Below, piece by piece: positions 14,795 through 28,894 of a stretch of 64,000 bases of DNA. Where the stretch lies: NCBI GenBank assembly GCA_951406725.2, contig OX597832.1:12834001-12898000 (forward strand). The letters run 5' to 3'. Below the pieces are notes generated by a model. That model was not told the DNA's origin. It saw only the letters and a program-made list of their open reading frames with translations, and did no database searches. This stretch comes from Octopus vulgaris (Eukaryota). Within the stretch, counting starts at the first letter, position 1, and every line of letters begins with the position of its first letter. The translations under genes and the position numbers were made by a program.

Positions 14795-14965
14795 TAAATT
14801 GCTTAGCGGCATTTCTTCTTTTCATTCTGAGTTCAAATTCCGCCAAGATCTACTTCCCCTTTCATCCTCTCAGGACTGATAAATTAAGTTGCAGTGAAAC
14901 ACTGAAGTCGATGTAATCGACTTGTGCCCTCACCCACAGTTTCAGGCTTACAGTACAAAGGATAC
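14795..14965 (+). mobile_element. SINE family A, 5'-truncated
   Basis: gcttagcggcatttc...ttctgagttcaaattccgcc...ctttcatcct...gtcgatgtaatcgactt. Confidence 0.8.
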
Positions 14966-17046
14966 TTATTCTTTTTCTTCTTATTATTGTTAGCTAACAT
15001 TCTGTATTACTAATTTGACGTAGAACTGCTTGGGCCATCCACATAAAAGTTTATTCATTAACGTACATTGTAAGGAGCAACTAGAAAAAGTACACACCAA
15101 CAACAAGGCTACAGTTTCATGAATATGTTCTGTCTTTTTAATTGGTGATTATGACACATAATGACATTAAGATATAAATACATTACATGCTATTAATTTA
15201 TTTTGACTAAGTTAATTCTCGTCCCAAAATGTGAGTCGAAGTCCCACAATATTTGGGACATTCGTGAGTATTTCCGGGGTTAAGATACGCGTTATAGCAT
15301 CTTGTGAGAGTAATAACAACGGCCGAGTCTGTCTTGAGATCCAAGCCTTCTATCTGGTTTACTAGATAGTGCTACGAAATAACTTTATGGCTGTGGGAAT
15401 GTGTGTATGTGTGTGAAAACAGTGAGTGACTATAAGAAAAAATCTGTTGGTTGTTCTGAAAGATCCGAGACACTTAGTGGCTGACCTGAAGAGACGGCCG
15501 TTCTAGTTATATATATATCCTGCGAGCTTCAACATGGCAGTGGAAAGGTGGCGACTACTCAAAGTTATGTTTCTATCCTCAGAGGATGGTGTCAAATGAA
15601 CCTAAGTAGGTGTTTTTGATAGATATTTGAATAGAAATAATGTTTGGTTAGCGCTAACCAGTTGATAAGTTTATGTGCGATAAGTTAAACGTTTGTGACA
15701 GTAAAATATAAGAGTTACACAAAGGAAATTATTTCTTAATTTAGGAGGTAGGATTGAATACATTTTGATAGTAGAACTGGTTACGTGGACGCCTGCGAAA
15801 CTGCACAATAGAGGTTCAATTCCTATCAGTGCTATTGTTGCACGCTTTGTACATAATACTAGTAATTAAATCAGTTTTATATTAGTTGTGGCCATGATAT
15901 ATATCTAATTATATTCAGCATTGCAATTTAGATGACACAATCAATGTTTAGTCATTATGTGATTCTATGAAAATGAAAGAAAAACATTCGAAAGACATTT
16001 GTTTTACATAAACATTAAACTAAAATGTTCCAGTTATCATGCAAAGTTCATATAACACATCTAGCGCAGGCATAATATCACTTATTTGTAGTTCACATAC
16101 AGAAATTTTCACTATTATATCGCGTTTAACCTGTCTCCTGACCTCAACAAAATTTGACCTCATGTAACCTTCCTCTCTTTTTCTCTGCCTATCTACGTTC
16201 CCGCTCCGTCTACATCTCTCTCTCTCTCTCTCTCTCACGCATACATACATACATACACACATACACACACATACACACACACATAGAGAGAGAGAGAAGG
16301 AAGAAGAAAGGAGAGAGAAAGAGAGATAGAGAAAAGCACGTATATGTGTGTTTAATGTTAATCATATTATTTGAATCATAATAAGATACATAGTAGTTTT
16401 TTTCTATAATATATTTAATTTGTTTTTGTAGTTTTTCGGGGAGCTACTAACATTGTTATTCTTTTGCACAATGAGAGAGAAACAAAACAAATGTCCATTT
16501 TGTATGTCGGTTTTAAAGTTTACACGATGAAAGCACTCATTAACCTGTAAGGCTAATTATCCAGTCGTCACGTGATCCATAACAATCCGACGCAAGTTTG
16601 TTTACACCACTTAAAAAAAGATAATCGATAAATTATGACTAGTTTTGCAACCGTTGTCTTCCAAATGAATATTAACTGTCTTTTGATGTAATTCAATATT
16701 CACAGTCAGTTTGGAATTAAAATAAATTTACTTCTGCATATCATTGTTTTCTCTCTGTTTTTTCTACTGCAAACAAAAACATTAAACCGAATATGTATTG
16801 ATTTCAAAGCAGCTGTAACAATATTCACGACGACACATAATACTATACTAAACTCAATAATATTAGTTTAATATTAGTAAATATCTCAAAAGATCAAATG
16901 GTCATACTTAATTTTGTTGATAATGTATTATATTGTCACACGATTTCATTTCGAAGTCAGGCAAAACAAATTGATAGGATGTACAACTAAATTATAACAT
17001 AATTCTATATCTGAACACGGAAATAATACCAATAATAGTAATAATA

Positions 17047-17363
17047 ATCACCGTCACCGTGATCACCGTGACCGACCAGGCTACCAGATGTTACCACAAA
17101 TCGATTGTCACAATGCGCTTCGCATTGTTTTAGCCTTCAAATGACGCCACCTCGCTGGCTAAGCGAGCAGGACAACAGAAGAAAGATTGAGAGAAAATTG
17201 TGGCGAAAGAGTACAGCAGGGATTGACACTACTCGCTGCCGGAGGATCGTGGAGCTTTAGATGTTTTCGCTCAATACACACTCACAACGCCCGGTCTGGG
17301 AATCGAAACCGTGATCCTACAACCGCGAGTTCGCAACCATAACAACCGGGCCATTACGCTTCC
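17047..17363 (-). mobile_element. SINE family B head with tail type 2
   Basis: Same head as 3360-3649 and 61586+. Tail ends ...CCTGGTCGGTCACGGTGATCACGGTGA, shared with 28430-28719. Confidence 0.88.
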
Positions 17364-17378
17364 TCAGTAATAATAATA

Positions 17379-18370
17379 CTTTGTACTAAAGGCACAAGGT
17401 TTGAAATTATCAGGGGAGAGGACTAGACTATTGCATGTACCCCAGTGTTTCAGTGGTACCTAATTTATCGACCCGAAGCATTTTGCCGGCGTGCTAGCGA
17501 TTCTGCCAGCTCGCCAACTTATACTAGTAATAATAATAATCCGTTCTACTAAAAGTACAAAGCATGAAATTTGGGGCTAGGGCTTAAGTCGATCACATCG
17601 ACTCCAGTGTTCAATAGGTAGTTACTTTATCGATCCCGAAAGGACGAAAGAGGTCGACCTCGGCGGAATGTGAACTCAGAATGTATCATAATAATGATAA
17701 TGTTATGTTCTAATATAGGCACGAGGCTTGAAATTTGGAAGTTAGAGAGCCGGTTGAATATATCAACCTGAGACTGGTTCTTATTCCATCGACACCTAAA
17801 TGAGAAGAGGCAAAGTTGACTTCATTAGAATTTGAACTCAGATCATAACGGAAGATATATTGCCAATCATTTTGTTCAATACGGTAGCGAATCTTCAAAA
17901 CTTTCAGTTTCAAAATTTGGCTCAGGGCTACCAGTTTGTAGGCAGCAAGAGGAAAGTCGATTATATCGACCCCAGTACTTAACTTGGACATATTTTTATC
18001 GACTCCGAAAGGAAGAAAGGCCAAGTCGACCTCGAAGGATTTGAACACAGCACGTAGAGACAGACGAAATACCACTATGCATCTCCTCCACTACGCTAAC
18101 GATGGAAACTGAAAGTAATCCTGCCTTTTATAGGCACAATGCCTGAAATTAGTGGTTATGGATGTAAGTCAGGTGCTTATTTTAATCAACATCGAAGGGA
18201 TGAAAAGCAGAGTCGACTTCGGTGGATCTAAACGCAGAACGTAAAGACAGACGAAATACAGCTAAGCATTTCGTCCGATGCGTTAGGGATTCTGCAACCT
18301 CACTACCTTTCTTTCTGGTTAATGATAATGAAAATAATTGCTCTAACTTTTGGCACAAGACGACAAATTT
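17379..18370 (-). mobile_element. Head-to-tail array of at least five family A SINEs (tail A2)
   Basis: Repeated units begin near 17379, 17540, 17708, 17905, 18120 and 18335. Each has a ctactaaaggcacaagg..tgaaatt-like tail, and most carry the atcgac.ccgaaagga..aaaggc..agtcgacctcggc core. Confidence 0.85.
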
Positions 18371-19731
18371 CCGACACACACACATACAATTATCCTGCCA
18401 TCCATCCATTCACCCATCCATCAATACTTACATATATATATATATATATTTCGTTTTCGGATTTGGTTTGCAAGATTCTTTATGTGAGGTCGTGTGTTCT
18501 CACCGGTAAAATTTCCATTTTCCGGAGAAAGAAAATTGCCAACGATACACACGCGGTCACATATTGAAATGACCGGAAGGGAACGGGTGAAGAAAAAGTT
18601 CTTTCAGGGAGAGGATAGTGCAAGAGAAGGAGATATGTCTGTGTATGTGTGGGTATGTGCGTGCGCCCAAGTCTGTGTGTGCGTGTGTGATATATTCTCG
18701 ACCAAGATTACCCATGGTTTGTCTAGTGCTCCTCTAACAAAAACAAACGGAAATCTAGTCTAAACTGATGTAGTATAAATTCGCACTGATTAGAGAAACG
18801 TCCACAATATTTGTACCATTTAATACACCTTATTCTTCACAACTGTCATAGATTCATTATCTGTCTTGACAACACATATCAGACTATGGTGTAACTAGAT
18901 ATGTTAAAGTTTTCATATGACACTCAACTTTGTAAATTTGGTTGATATTTCGTAAATACAAGTATAATTACACTTTTCCTAATTAAACGTTATTTCAGAC
19001 GTATAATCAACATCTATGGAAAGAAATTTCTAACAATGAACGGTTTCAAATATCATTCGGGAAATCTAACAGATTACTAAAATATTCGGATGTAATTAAA
19101 TTTCCTTACAAATATAAACATAGGTACATAGGCATACACAAGCAAAATACGCACGCTACACACACACGTGCACACACACACACACACACACACACTTGTA
19201 TATATATACATATGTGTGTGTGTGTGTGAATATATCGATATAAAGAATGACAGACATAATTACGTCTGTGAGTTTCAGTCTACACACACACACGCACACA
19301 CATGCATACACCTACGGACGTATGAATGTAGAACTAAATATACGGACAAACACGGACGTATGACTGACGGTCTGTTTGGGATAAAATTTTCGGCTTATTG
19401 ATTGTTAGAAAATGAATTCAAATGCATCATAATAATATATATATTTAGGATTAACTCTTGTCACATTAGATTTTGGCATAAAATATTCCTGACAACAGCA
19501 CATAGTCATTCCCAGCATGCTTATGTTTTTTTTTTTAAATATGATGTTTTAATATAGAATTATAGTATAGGTGCAAAGCCAAGCATTAAGGGGATGTACA
19601 TCCTCAAATATATTGACCATAAAATTAATACTGTGACATAGTATGTCAATGTCACTCCCTCTCCCTCTCTCACTTTCTTCCTTTCTCTCTTTGTCTCTCT
19701 CTCTCTCACTCTCTCTCTCGATATATATATG

Positions 19732-19774
<43 letters not shown>

Positions 19775-20606
19775 ATATATATATACGTGAGCGCGTGTGC
19801 GTATGTATAGACAGACACTCACAGATATTATTATGTCTGTGATTCTTTATAGTCACACAAACATATATATGTATACACAAGTGTGTGTGTGTATGTGTGC
19901 GTGTGTGTATGCGTGCGTATCTTTATATTTTATTGGCTAAACTGGCAAAATGATCATTCCTAAATACAACAATATATATATATACATATATATATTTGTA
20001 CACCCACGTACATATGCTTACATTCTTACACTCACACACAGACCTACACACATACACCTCTATACGCTCGCAGATACACAAACAAAAAACAAACACACAC
20101 ACATTTACTAACACATACGCTCATTGTCAGTTTCCGATTTCCTCTTGTATATTGGCTTCGTGTATATTTCATGCTCCGGTGAATCTCTTTGATGAAGACT
20201 CATAGTTAGCATCGTAACGCCTGTTACTAAAGTAAGTCGGTTTCTGCTTCATTGCTAAAGACAACGTTCAAGCACCAGTAATCCCAGACATTGAGTATGA
20301 CAATGTACATCCATTCTCAACTATTATATCTCTATTTTGGCAAATTCTATGTCATCTTGTTCGGAGAGAGAAACTGAGTTCATAAACGAAGAATAGATAA
20401 TTCTTCTATACATGTTGTGTAGCAAACATTTATTCGTAGGAAACTGGTAATTCATTCCGTCACTATTAGGTGTTTATAGCATGATTCGATCTTTTAGTGT
20501 TTGTATCGGATTTATATATATATATTGCTGGCGCTTATATCCAAAGACTCTATGTTGTGACAGAGTGAATCAACAGATGCTCACGTGCACACACACGCAC
20601 ACACAC

Positions 20607-20672
<66 letters not shown>

Positions 20673-20684
20673 TCATATATAGGA

Positions 20685-20856
20685 CAGTTTCCGTCTACCA
20701 GATCTTCTCACAAGGCTTTGGTCAGCCCGAGGCTATAGTAGAAGACACTTGCCCAAGGTGCCACGCAGTGTGACTGAACCCGCAACCAAGTTGTTGGTAT
20801 GCATGCTACTTACCACACAGCTACTTCTCCGCCTTCTTACCACACAGTAACTCCTA

Positions 20857-20857
<1 letters not shown>
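20685..20857 (-). mobile_element. SINE family D head
   Basis: Reverse complement GTAGGAG...TGTGTGGTAAG...GGGTTCAGTC.CACTGCGTGGCACCTTGGGCAAGTGTCTTCTACTATAGCCTCGGG. Homologous to 63288+. Confidence 0.85.
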
Positions 20858-20858
<1 letters not shown>

Positions 20859-20945
<87 letters not shown>

Positions 20946-20946
20946 G

Positions 20947-20989
<43 letters not shown>

Positions 20990-21012
20990 CTAGATAGATA
21001 GATAATATATAT

Positions 21013-21043
<31 letters not shown>

Positions 21044-21045
21044 TA
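20859..21045. repeat. (TA)n + (GATA)n microsatellite
   Basis: Read directly from the sequence. Confidence 0.95.
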
Positions 21046-22373
21046 TCAAAACTAAAGGATATACGCACTAAATGTATTAGACTAACGTTCAGAGAATATT
21101 TAAGATTGAAAAAAGTGAGGGTGTGACGTTTCAAGCATGGCCATTCGTCAAAAGGGGGGAAGGGGAATAAGGCCGTAGAAAAGAGAAAGAAAAGTCCAAG
21201 AAAAACATGTGTGCCGTTACATAGCTGATATATATATAGCATTACCTCGAGATACGAATTAATCTGTTGCCGGCCGTCATCTTACTCCGTTGCTGTGCAG
21301 ACGTTTCAGAAACAATGTTGCCACATGTTTCCACACATGTTGCGACGTTGTCACACACATACAAAATGACAGTTTAAACTTTTTCTTATATCTATTCTAA
21401 AATAAAAAAAAAATCATAAACCCGGTTTCATTAAGCAGGTCCTCATAAAGTGAGGTATTGCTGTATATATGTGTGCGTGTGTGTATGTGTCTGTGTGTGT
21501 GTGTGTATAAGGATGTATCTATGTACATATGGATGTTTGTGTACGTTAATGAAGCTATGCGTACACGGTGTATATAAGTGTGAGAGACAGATAGAAGTGG
21601 GGAGAGAGAAATATTGGAGAAATGGTACAGATCTTTTCGGTTTTTGTGCAATGCATATTCATCTCTTTAACTCGTGTTTTAAAACTCTAAAACTCGTGTT
21701 TTAATGAGAATTTCCCGCCAACATCGAATTTCAGCTGACGTAGTATGAGAATCACTATATGGTGGATCGTATGTTTCTTCCCTTCAGTAATTGTAAACGA
21801 GATTCTCGCCAAAGTATCCGTTTGCGTCTGAGTGAGATTAATCTTATAATTGATTATTTCAATTTTCGTTTTAAATATGTTTAGATAAGCTCCATTGATG
21901 AAGTTATGTTCTACAGGCTACGATCCCAGGGGAATTAACTCTGCTTTCGTTTCAAATGATTGAAGGATGAGACTAATTCCTTGTTAAATTAGCATATACC
22001 TATACACTTCGAATACTCATTAACGATAGCAATTTTCCTGGAAATATGTATATAATTTATCACCTGTTCTCGTTAGCTTGTTCTATGTTTTTCCTTCTTT
22101 AATTTCTCGCAATTCCCGAATTAAATCTGATTCCCGAATACATGTTTTTTTTTTGTTTGTTATTTTCTACATAGTCTTGGAATGTTTTTGATTTCTTTCC
22201 TTTTGTATTTTAGTCAAACTGAACAACAATTTTTCGTTGAATCTTTATTTTTATTTTTCTTATTTTCTCAATCCGATGTGCATTCATGCTTTATTAACCG
22301 AGTTTAAATATATTTCGAACGTTGACAAGCCCCCTTAATACCAGGTGATGCTTTTAATACTGATTTATATATT

Positions 22374-22431
22374 TGTATGTATGTATGTATGTATGTATGT
22401 ATGTATGTATGTATGTATGTATGTATGTATG

Positions 22432-22498
<67 letters not shown>
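22374..22498. repeat. (TATG)n + (TA)n microsatellite
   Basis: Read directly from the sequence. Confidence 0.95.
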
Positions 22499-23240
22499 CA
22501 ACGATTTCGATATGAATTTTCTATTTAGTTGGCTGATTGGTGCATTTCTGAAGTTGAATTCGTGTGTTTGGCGATGTATTGCATCTAACCTTAGATTATA
22601 TTAAAGAATTTGTTTAGATAGCTCTGAATATTCCTCACATGATAAATTTATTCTTAACACTCGCAATGAATGCAAACAATACAATCTCCTGTCGTGTGAA
22701 AAGTCGGAAGTGAGCTATTCAAATACCTGTTGCTTTTTCAGAGAGGCAAAGGCTGAGAAATAGATCAGATATTTATCTGAGGAAGTCCTCTTTCTTCAGT
22801 AAAAGGACATGTTGGTATATAAGAGGAAAATGAAGAGAGAATGAAAGAAAAAGGAAGGAAGATATGAAGAAGAGCGATATACAGAAAATTGGAAGGAGAA
22901 TCCTCATACAATTCTCTTACCTCCTGCGTCTGTTCCATTCTATATTTTATTTGTGTCTAGTAAAAACCTTTTTAAGCAAAAGGATATAAATACTTCAGAT
23001 GAAAATCTGAGTAATTCACTTTCACACTGCAATTCCTAAAATGCAACAAATATTTCTAAATAACTTCCTGAGAAAATTGGACTTAATAGCGTTACTCTTG
23101 ACGACATAACAATTTTATAAACTTTCAAGAGAAGGTGAAATATTTCTATTTTTAAATAGTGGTTTTCCAAGTATATCACATAGAGTTATAAAGAATAGCA
23201 TGTAAATATTTGGTTGCGAAGTGTTCTGGATTCGAAATAA

Positions 23241-23327
<87 letters not shown>

Positions 23328-23386
23328 CGGTTGTAAGAACCAACTAAGGGATAAAATATCCGTGTGTGTATATATATATATATATG

Positions 23387-23432
<46 letters not shown>

Positions 23433-25790
23433 AGGGTGTGTTCATGTGTGCGTTTGTGTGTGTAGTGTTGAGTACGACTAAGTCACTCTGAATGATATAA
23501 ATACAGCCTTTTCTGAGGTAGGGGAAAATCCTCCCTGATAGCACAAGTCTATAATAAATGCCTTCCAGTTATCATCATTATTCGTTTATTTGAAATTCGA
23601 CAGCTACCCCGAGGAAATCGAGCGGTTACAAAATGGGGTGCGGAGAATGTCAAGTGTAGTAATTTTACAAAATATGATTAGACATAAATCATATCCATAA
23701 ATTAACGAGGCTAAATAAAATATTAAACAGGTCGTTATACTAATCTTTATTTTTTTCATATTTACTGCATGTTTAATGTCACTCATATGGGTAATGATTT
23801 AATCCTTTTTAAGTTTTATTAACAAAATGGCATTTTAATATCCAGAAAATCCAAAATCTTGTCTGGCTCACAACGAATATGTTATTTGTTAATATAAATC
23901 TATTGCAAGAGTGAATCCTAAGACCATGTATTCAGTAACCTGAGGTTTTCAATAAATAAAATATTCCTTGATTGACATATGTTTCCCCATGAATTGAATG
24001 AGATGCTTCTCGATGACGCACAAATGTGCTGAATGTAGTTCTCTCACTAGGAAAATATTGTTAGTAAAAGTAGTTTACGTTGATGCTGAATAAAATATTA
24101 AGCAAGTGGATTTGCTTTAATTGAAGAGCATTATCAAATTGAAACCAATATCTAAGTTAATCGTTAAAGTTGGCTGAGTATTTCTTCCTAATGAAGATTT
24201 ATTCCTGAAATCCTTTCATTCAGCTACTATTATACCAGTTGAATTGTATTAGAATAATGAGAAGATTTCCATTTCGTCTCTCTTTGTTGCTTGTTTTAGA
24301 TTTTTCCTTTTCTTTTCTTAACATTTTGCAATATTGGTAGATTAAAGTAAGGATTTAAGTATTGGTAAGAAATTCAGAAAAAAAAAAATCAGAGAATTCT
24401 GAGCAGACGAAATATTCACTCCTGGTTTCTACACGTTTAATTCATTTATAAATAACAACAGATGGCATGTCCGAAACAATAGAGACATTTAAGAAATTAC
24501 TGATGTTGGAACATTCTTCGTTTTCTTCTTGTTCTTGCTATAAATGCAGACTTTATATCATTTGATATAACAGAACAGAATAAAAATGAGTCGTCCAAAT
24601 AATTACTCTAACCAAGCACGTCTGTCATTAATGAATTAATTTCACATGACAATTTCATAGAAATGCTATGATTACTTCGGTTAATCTCTTCCTTTCTAAC
24701 TAATAGAGTTTGTCAATAGCGGTAAGGACATTTTTCAAGCCTGGATCGCTGTGACAGTTTCACTTAACGGAATTGAATTGTTGTATCTGAAGATTTAGGT
24801 GAATGTGTCATTCGCACTTTTATTGGTTTTTGATATAATCTTAGTGGATTAATCTTTTCTAAATCACAATGAAAATTCGAATATTTGAAAAAAAAAGAAG
24901 ACAACATAATTTTAAACATTAAAACAAATTAGATCAAAGTCTCTGAAAGAAAGAAATGAGAGATTTTACGAAACAACACGCCCACACATGAATAGCGTAC
25001 ATTCAGATACGACGACTGTCACAGCCACAGAGCACACGATAGACTAAGTGGATTTTAGTTTTCTAAATAGAAAGAGTATTAATACTTTCGAAATCTTCAG
25101 TCAGCTTCCCATGTAGTTACTCAGTACTGAAAAATTGATAAAGAAATCCAGCGTTCAAATCTCGCACTTCATATTTAGCGAAGGAATATTTATTTATGAT
25201 GCATAAGGAAATACCATACATATTCTAGCTCTCGTACTAGAAAAAGGATTACCAGACTGCTCAACTAAAATTGACAGTTCTACATCTCCACTTCTAAATC
25301 AAGTTCCAGCAAGCCAATGTAGCAAGGTCATTCTGAAATATGGAATATTCATGGTATCATCCCTCGCTTGAATAACAGGCACATCATCACACCATGTCTT
25401 GCTACGGAGCGAGCTTAAGTGAACGAGTGCTTAGTGTACTTGGCGTTTTATCGTAATTTGAACAACGAGGAATGCAAACGAAAAATCTTAATTACTGAAA
25501 TTCAGTTTCAAGTGTCTCTTATGGAGAAGATTGATGGCAAGGAACTTTTTGCCAAGAAGGATACCAGCATTTTAGATTGAGGAAGAGATCCTCAGAATAA
25601 AATCCCGAAACTGGGCGAAATCCAACAACTAGGAAGTTGGCGAGGTTCCATCAAAATTTCGGCAGGATTTGGTAGGATATAAAGAGAGAGGAATCCGAAT
25701 CACAGTCACTCGCTACATGTTTGGTCTTTGAAACTGAGTGATTGATTGGAGCCACTTATTTAGCTGTTTATTGAAAGCCTAATTTTGACC

Positions 25791-25860
25791 CAGACAGACA
25801 GAAGGCAGGCAGCTAGGCAGACAGACAGACAGACAGACAGACAGATAGATAGATAGATAA

Positions 25861-25918
<58 letters not shown>

Positions 25919-25990
25919 TGACAGATAGACAGATATACTGGTGGATAGAGAGACTGATTGACTGATTCGTTGACTGATTCATTGATTGGA
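25791..25990. repeat. (GACA)n/(GATA)n/(GATT)n graded tetranucleotide array
   Basis: Read directly from the sequence. Confidence 0.9.
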
Positions 25991-26624
25991 TGGTTGAGTG
26001 ATTGATTGATATAGATAAATCAAGACGGATGTTGCATAACCGTTTTCAATTACTCTATTTACTCACCTCATCATGCCCTTATAATACAAATTTTACACGG
26101 GGAAAAAACAGTTTCCATATCTTGCAAAGATATATGGCAATAAGTACAATGTGCATTTCCATATGTCAAACTGTGTGTAAATGAAACTATATTTGCGAGA
26201 AGGCGTGTATATGTGTGTGAGTGACTGATTCCATAACTTTCGTGTTTTTTACTTTGTTTTTGTATAATCGAGCCTCAATATGTTATATATTTTCAGTTAT
26301 TGTCTTCGATTGATACATTTGAAAATGCTTTCAATTCTATTTCATATCATCTCTCATTTTCATAGTTACGTAAATTTTCTGCTAAAGTAGTTTTCCCTAA
26401 TGTTCGTTCGATATCGCATGCAATTGTAGAATTTAGGGAAATTAATTATCAAAATATATTTTTGGATAACAATACAAATACTAATGGGTACGTTTTCTTC
26501 CTAATCGCATTAACTTTCGGTGCCTAACATTTCGGGTTATGACAGAGTCAAAACACAGAATGACATCGAGGTCTCTATTTAAAATTCAATAAAACATAAC
26601 GTAAACAAAAGTTGATGAACCATG

Positions 26625-26700
<76 letters not shown>

Positions 26701-27504
26701 TTGCGCACACACATACACACGGACACACACTGTTTGTAGATAAGTGCATTAAAGAAAGAGCGCATATGAGAGACAGACAGTGAGAACGTGAGAGACAGAG
26801 ACAAAAAGTTGGACGTATCGAGTATTCGTTCTGACAAACGCATAATGTTTTTGACCTTTCTTTAGTGATATTTCCAATCCAGAATTGGAGAATCGTTAAC
26901 TTCAGTCATAATTTCAAAGTGTCTGAACCGAATTTAGCTGTTGAGGGAAGAGGGAGTAAGCATACCACGCGTCCTGTATTATTATTTCTTTATTGATAAA
27001 TATGCTGATATGATATATTCACGGGATTTCTATAGTCATCTTGTCTTCGTTTACGTTGAACTTTAGATATATTTTCGTCGCCATAATGAATAAGAAACTT
27101 GGCATATTTATTTGTGGCATGATGGTGAAGGAGCTAATAATTTGTAAGTTTTCAACGCAAGCGAAAACCTAGAGTAATCAAACAAATGTGATATAATACT
27201 TCGATCAATAACTCGATACAGTTCACTATAAATATTTTGACCTCAGAATTATTTCCTACGAATATATTCTCTTATAGCAGTTATAAATACTTCCAATGTG
27301 ATTACTCGAGAAATGCAGTCCCATAATCTACGTTTTCATCATAGAATGGAATTTATAGAAAAGCTTACTGTATCTAGCGCTTACATAATTCTAATTGCTC
27401 GCACACGAGTGTAGGTCTGTGCGTGTGATTCTATGAATAGATGCCTTTAAATATACATATATATATATATATATATATACATTCTCTCTCTCTCTCTCTC
27501 TCTG

Positions 27505-27573
<69 letters not shown>

Positions 27574-28176
27574 TAGATAGATAGATAGATAGATATTTTC
27601 ATTAATTTGACTGTAAGCTTGGTGTATATTGTAAATGTTTGCAATGAGGGAAACATATACATATATGTAAATATCCATGTGTGTGTATGGACCATACACA
27701 ATAATACTGGTTTTTCTTCGCTTTCTTTTCATTTCTTCGTACCTTGCACTCTATCTCTTTCGGAAAAAAAAATCGGCTGAGATGAACACTACTAATGATT
27801 AGAAATGCCAACTGAAACCGTACGTCAATCCGATACCACTACTACTTCTTCTTATGGAAGAAGAAAACTACATGTTCATACACGCGAACGCACCCGTGTA
27901 TCTGAACGAGTTCTTTTGCGCTTTTGTGTATATGTGTATCTGTGTGTTTGTCCATTATCAGATAACCCGTTAGCAATAACCCTGCATGTACATGATTTAT
28001 TTCGTTTCCTTTAGTCATTTACTTCTTTGTCAAGTATTAAATTTTATAGCGAGATTTCGTAAAACAAATCCACAACCGTTAATAACTTGCCGTAACATAC
28101 ATAAAAATGCATACATATTTAAATTAAAGTATACCCTGTACTAATCTTTATCCTACTTGTTTTTTTTTATCTTCAG

Positions 28177-28326
28177 AATGGAACAACACGAACCCTATGC
28201 CCGTAATGGTATTTATCCATGGTGAGTCGTACGATTCCGGAAGCGGAAACGTCTACGACGGAAGTGTATTGGCTAGCTTTGGCGAAGTCATTGTTGTAAC
28301 TGTTAACTACCGGCTTGGAGTGCTGG
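28177..28326 (+). CDS. nlgn: Internal coding exon of a neuroligin-like (carboxylesterase/cholinesterase-like adhesion) gene
   Basis: Polypyrimidine tract plus cttcAG acceptor (AG at 28175-28176) and G|GTAAGT donor (GT at 28327-28328). 150 nt, phase 1 at both ends. Translates (x)[49 protein letters not shown](G), matching the neuroligin motif PVMVxIHG(G/E)[25 protein letters not shown]. Too short to appear in the ORF track. The paralogue cannot be assigned. Confidence 0.93.
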
Positions 28327-28397
28327 GTAAGTACACATTTCTACTTTACGATTAGCTCTTTTAGTAGTTTCTTTACTTCTTAAATTTTATCATAAAT

Positions 28398-28429
<32 letters not shown>

Positions 28430-28434
<5 letters not shown>

Positions 28435-28719
28435 CGTGACCACCGTGACCGACCAGGCCATCAGATGTTGCTACAGATTGCTGGTCACAATACGCTTCGC
28501 ATCGTTTTAGCTTTCAAATGACGCCACCCCTGCTGGCTAAGTGAGCAGGCCAACAGAAGAAAGAGTGAGAGAAAGTTGTGGCGAAAGAGTACAGCAGGGA
28601 TCGCCAGCAACCCCTACCGCAGCCTCGTGAAGCTTTAGGTGTTTTCGCGCAATAAACACTCACAACGCCCGGTCTGGGGATCGAAACCGCGAGTCCGCTG
28701 CCCTAACCACTGGACCATT
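28430..28719 (-). mobile_element. SINE family B head with tail type 2, about 100 nt downstream of the exon donor
   Basis: Colinear with 17047-17363. Confidence 0.9.
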
Positions 28720-28860
28720 ACACACACACACATATATATATATAATGTATATATGTGTATATATGTATATGTATATATATGTATACATGTGTATGTATGT
28801 GTATATATATATACGTATATATGTGTATATATATATATATATGTGTGTATATATGTGTAT

Positions 28861-28894
<34 letters not shown>

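Noticed and set aside
15484-15510. CTGAAGA as a hammerhead core
   Set aside because: No helix II followed by GAAA downstream.
15767-15835. tRNA-like fragment (TAGAACTGG...GGTTCAATTCC)
   Set aside because: Only box-like motifs; stems do not form convincingly, so at best a decayed SINE head.
17379-18370. CRISPR-like repeat-spacer array
   Set aside because: Units are 150-200-bp diverged SINEs in eukaryotic DNA; no short identical repeats or cas genes.
25400-25700. Possible Tc1/mariner N-terminal HTH (RNPTTRKLAR)
   Set aside because: Only about 10 residues resemble the motif, and no terminal repeat or catalytic region was found.
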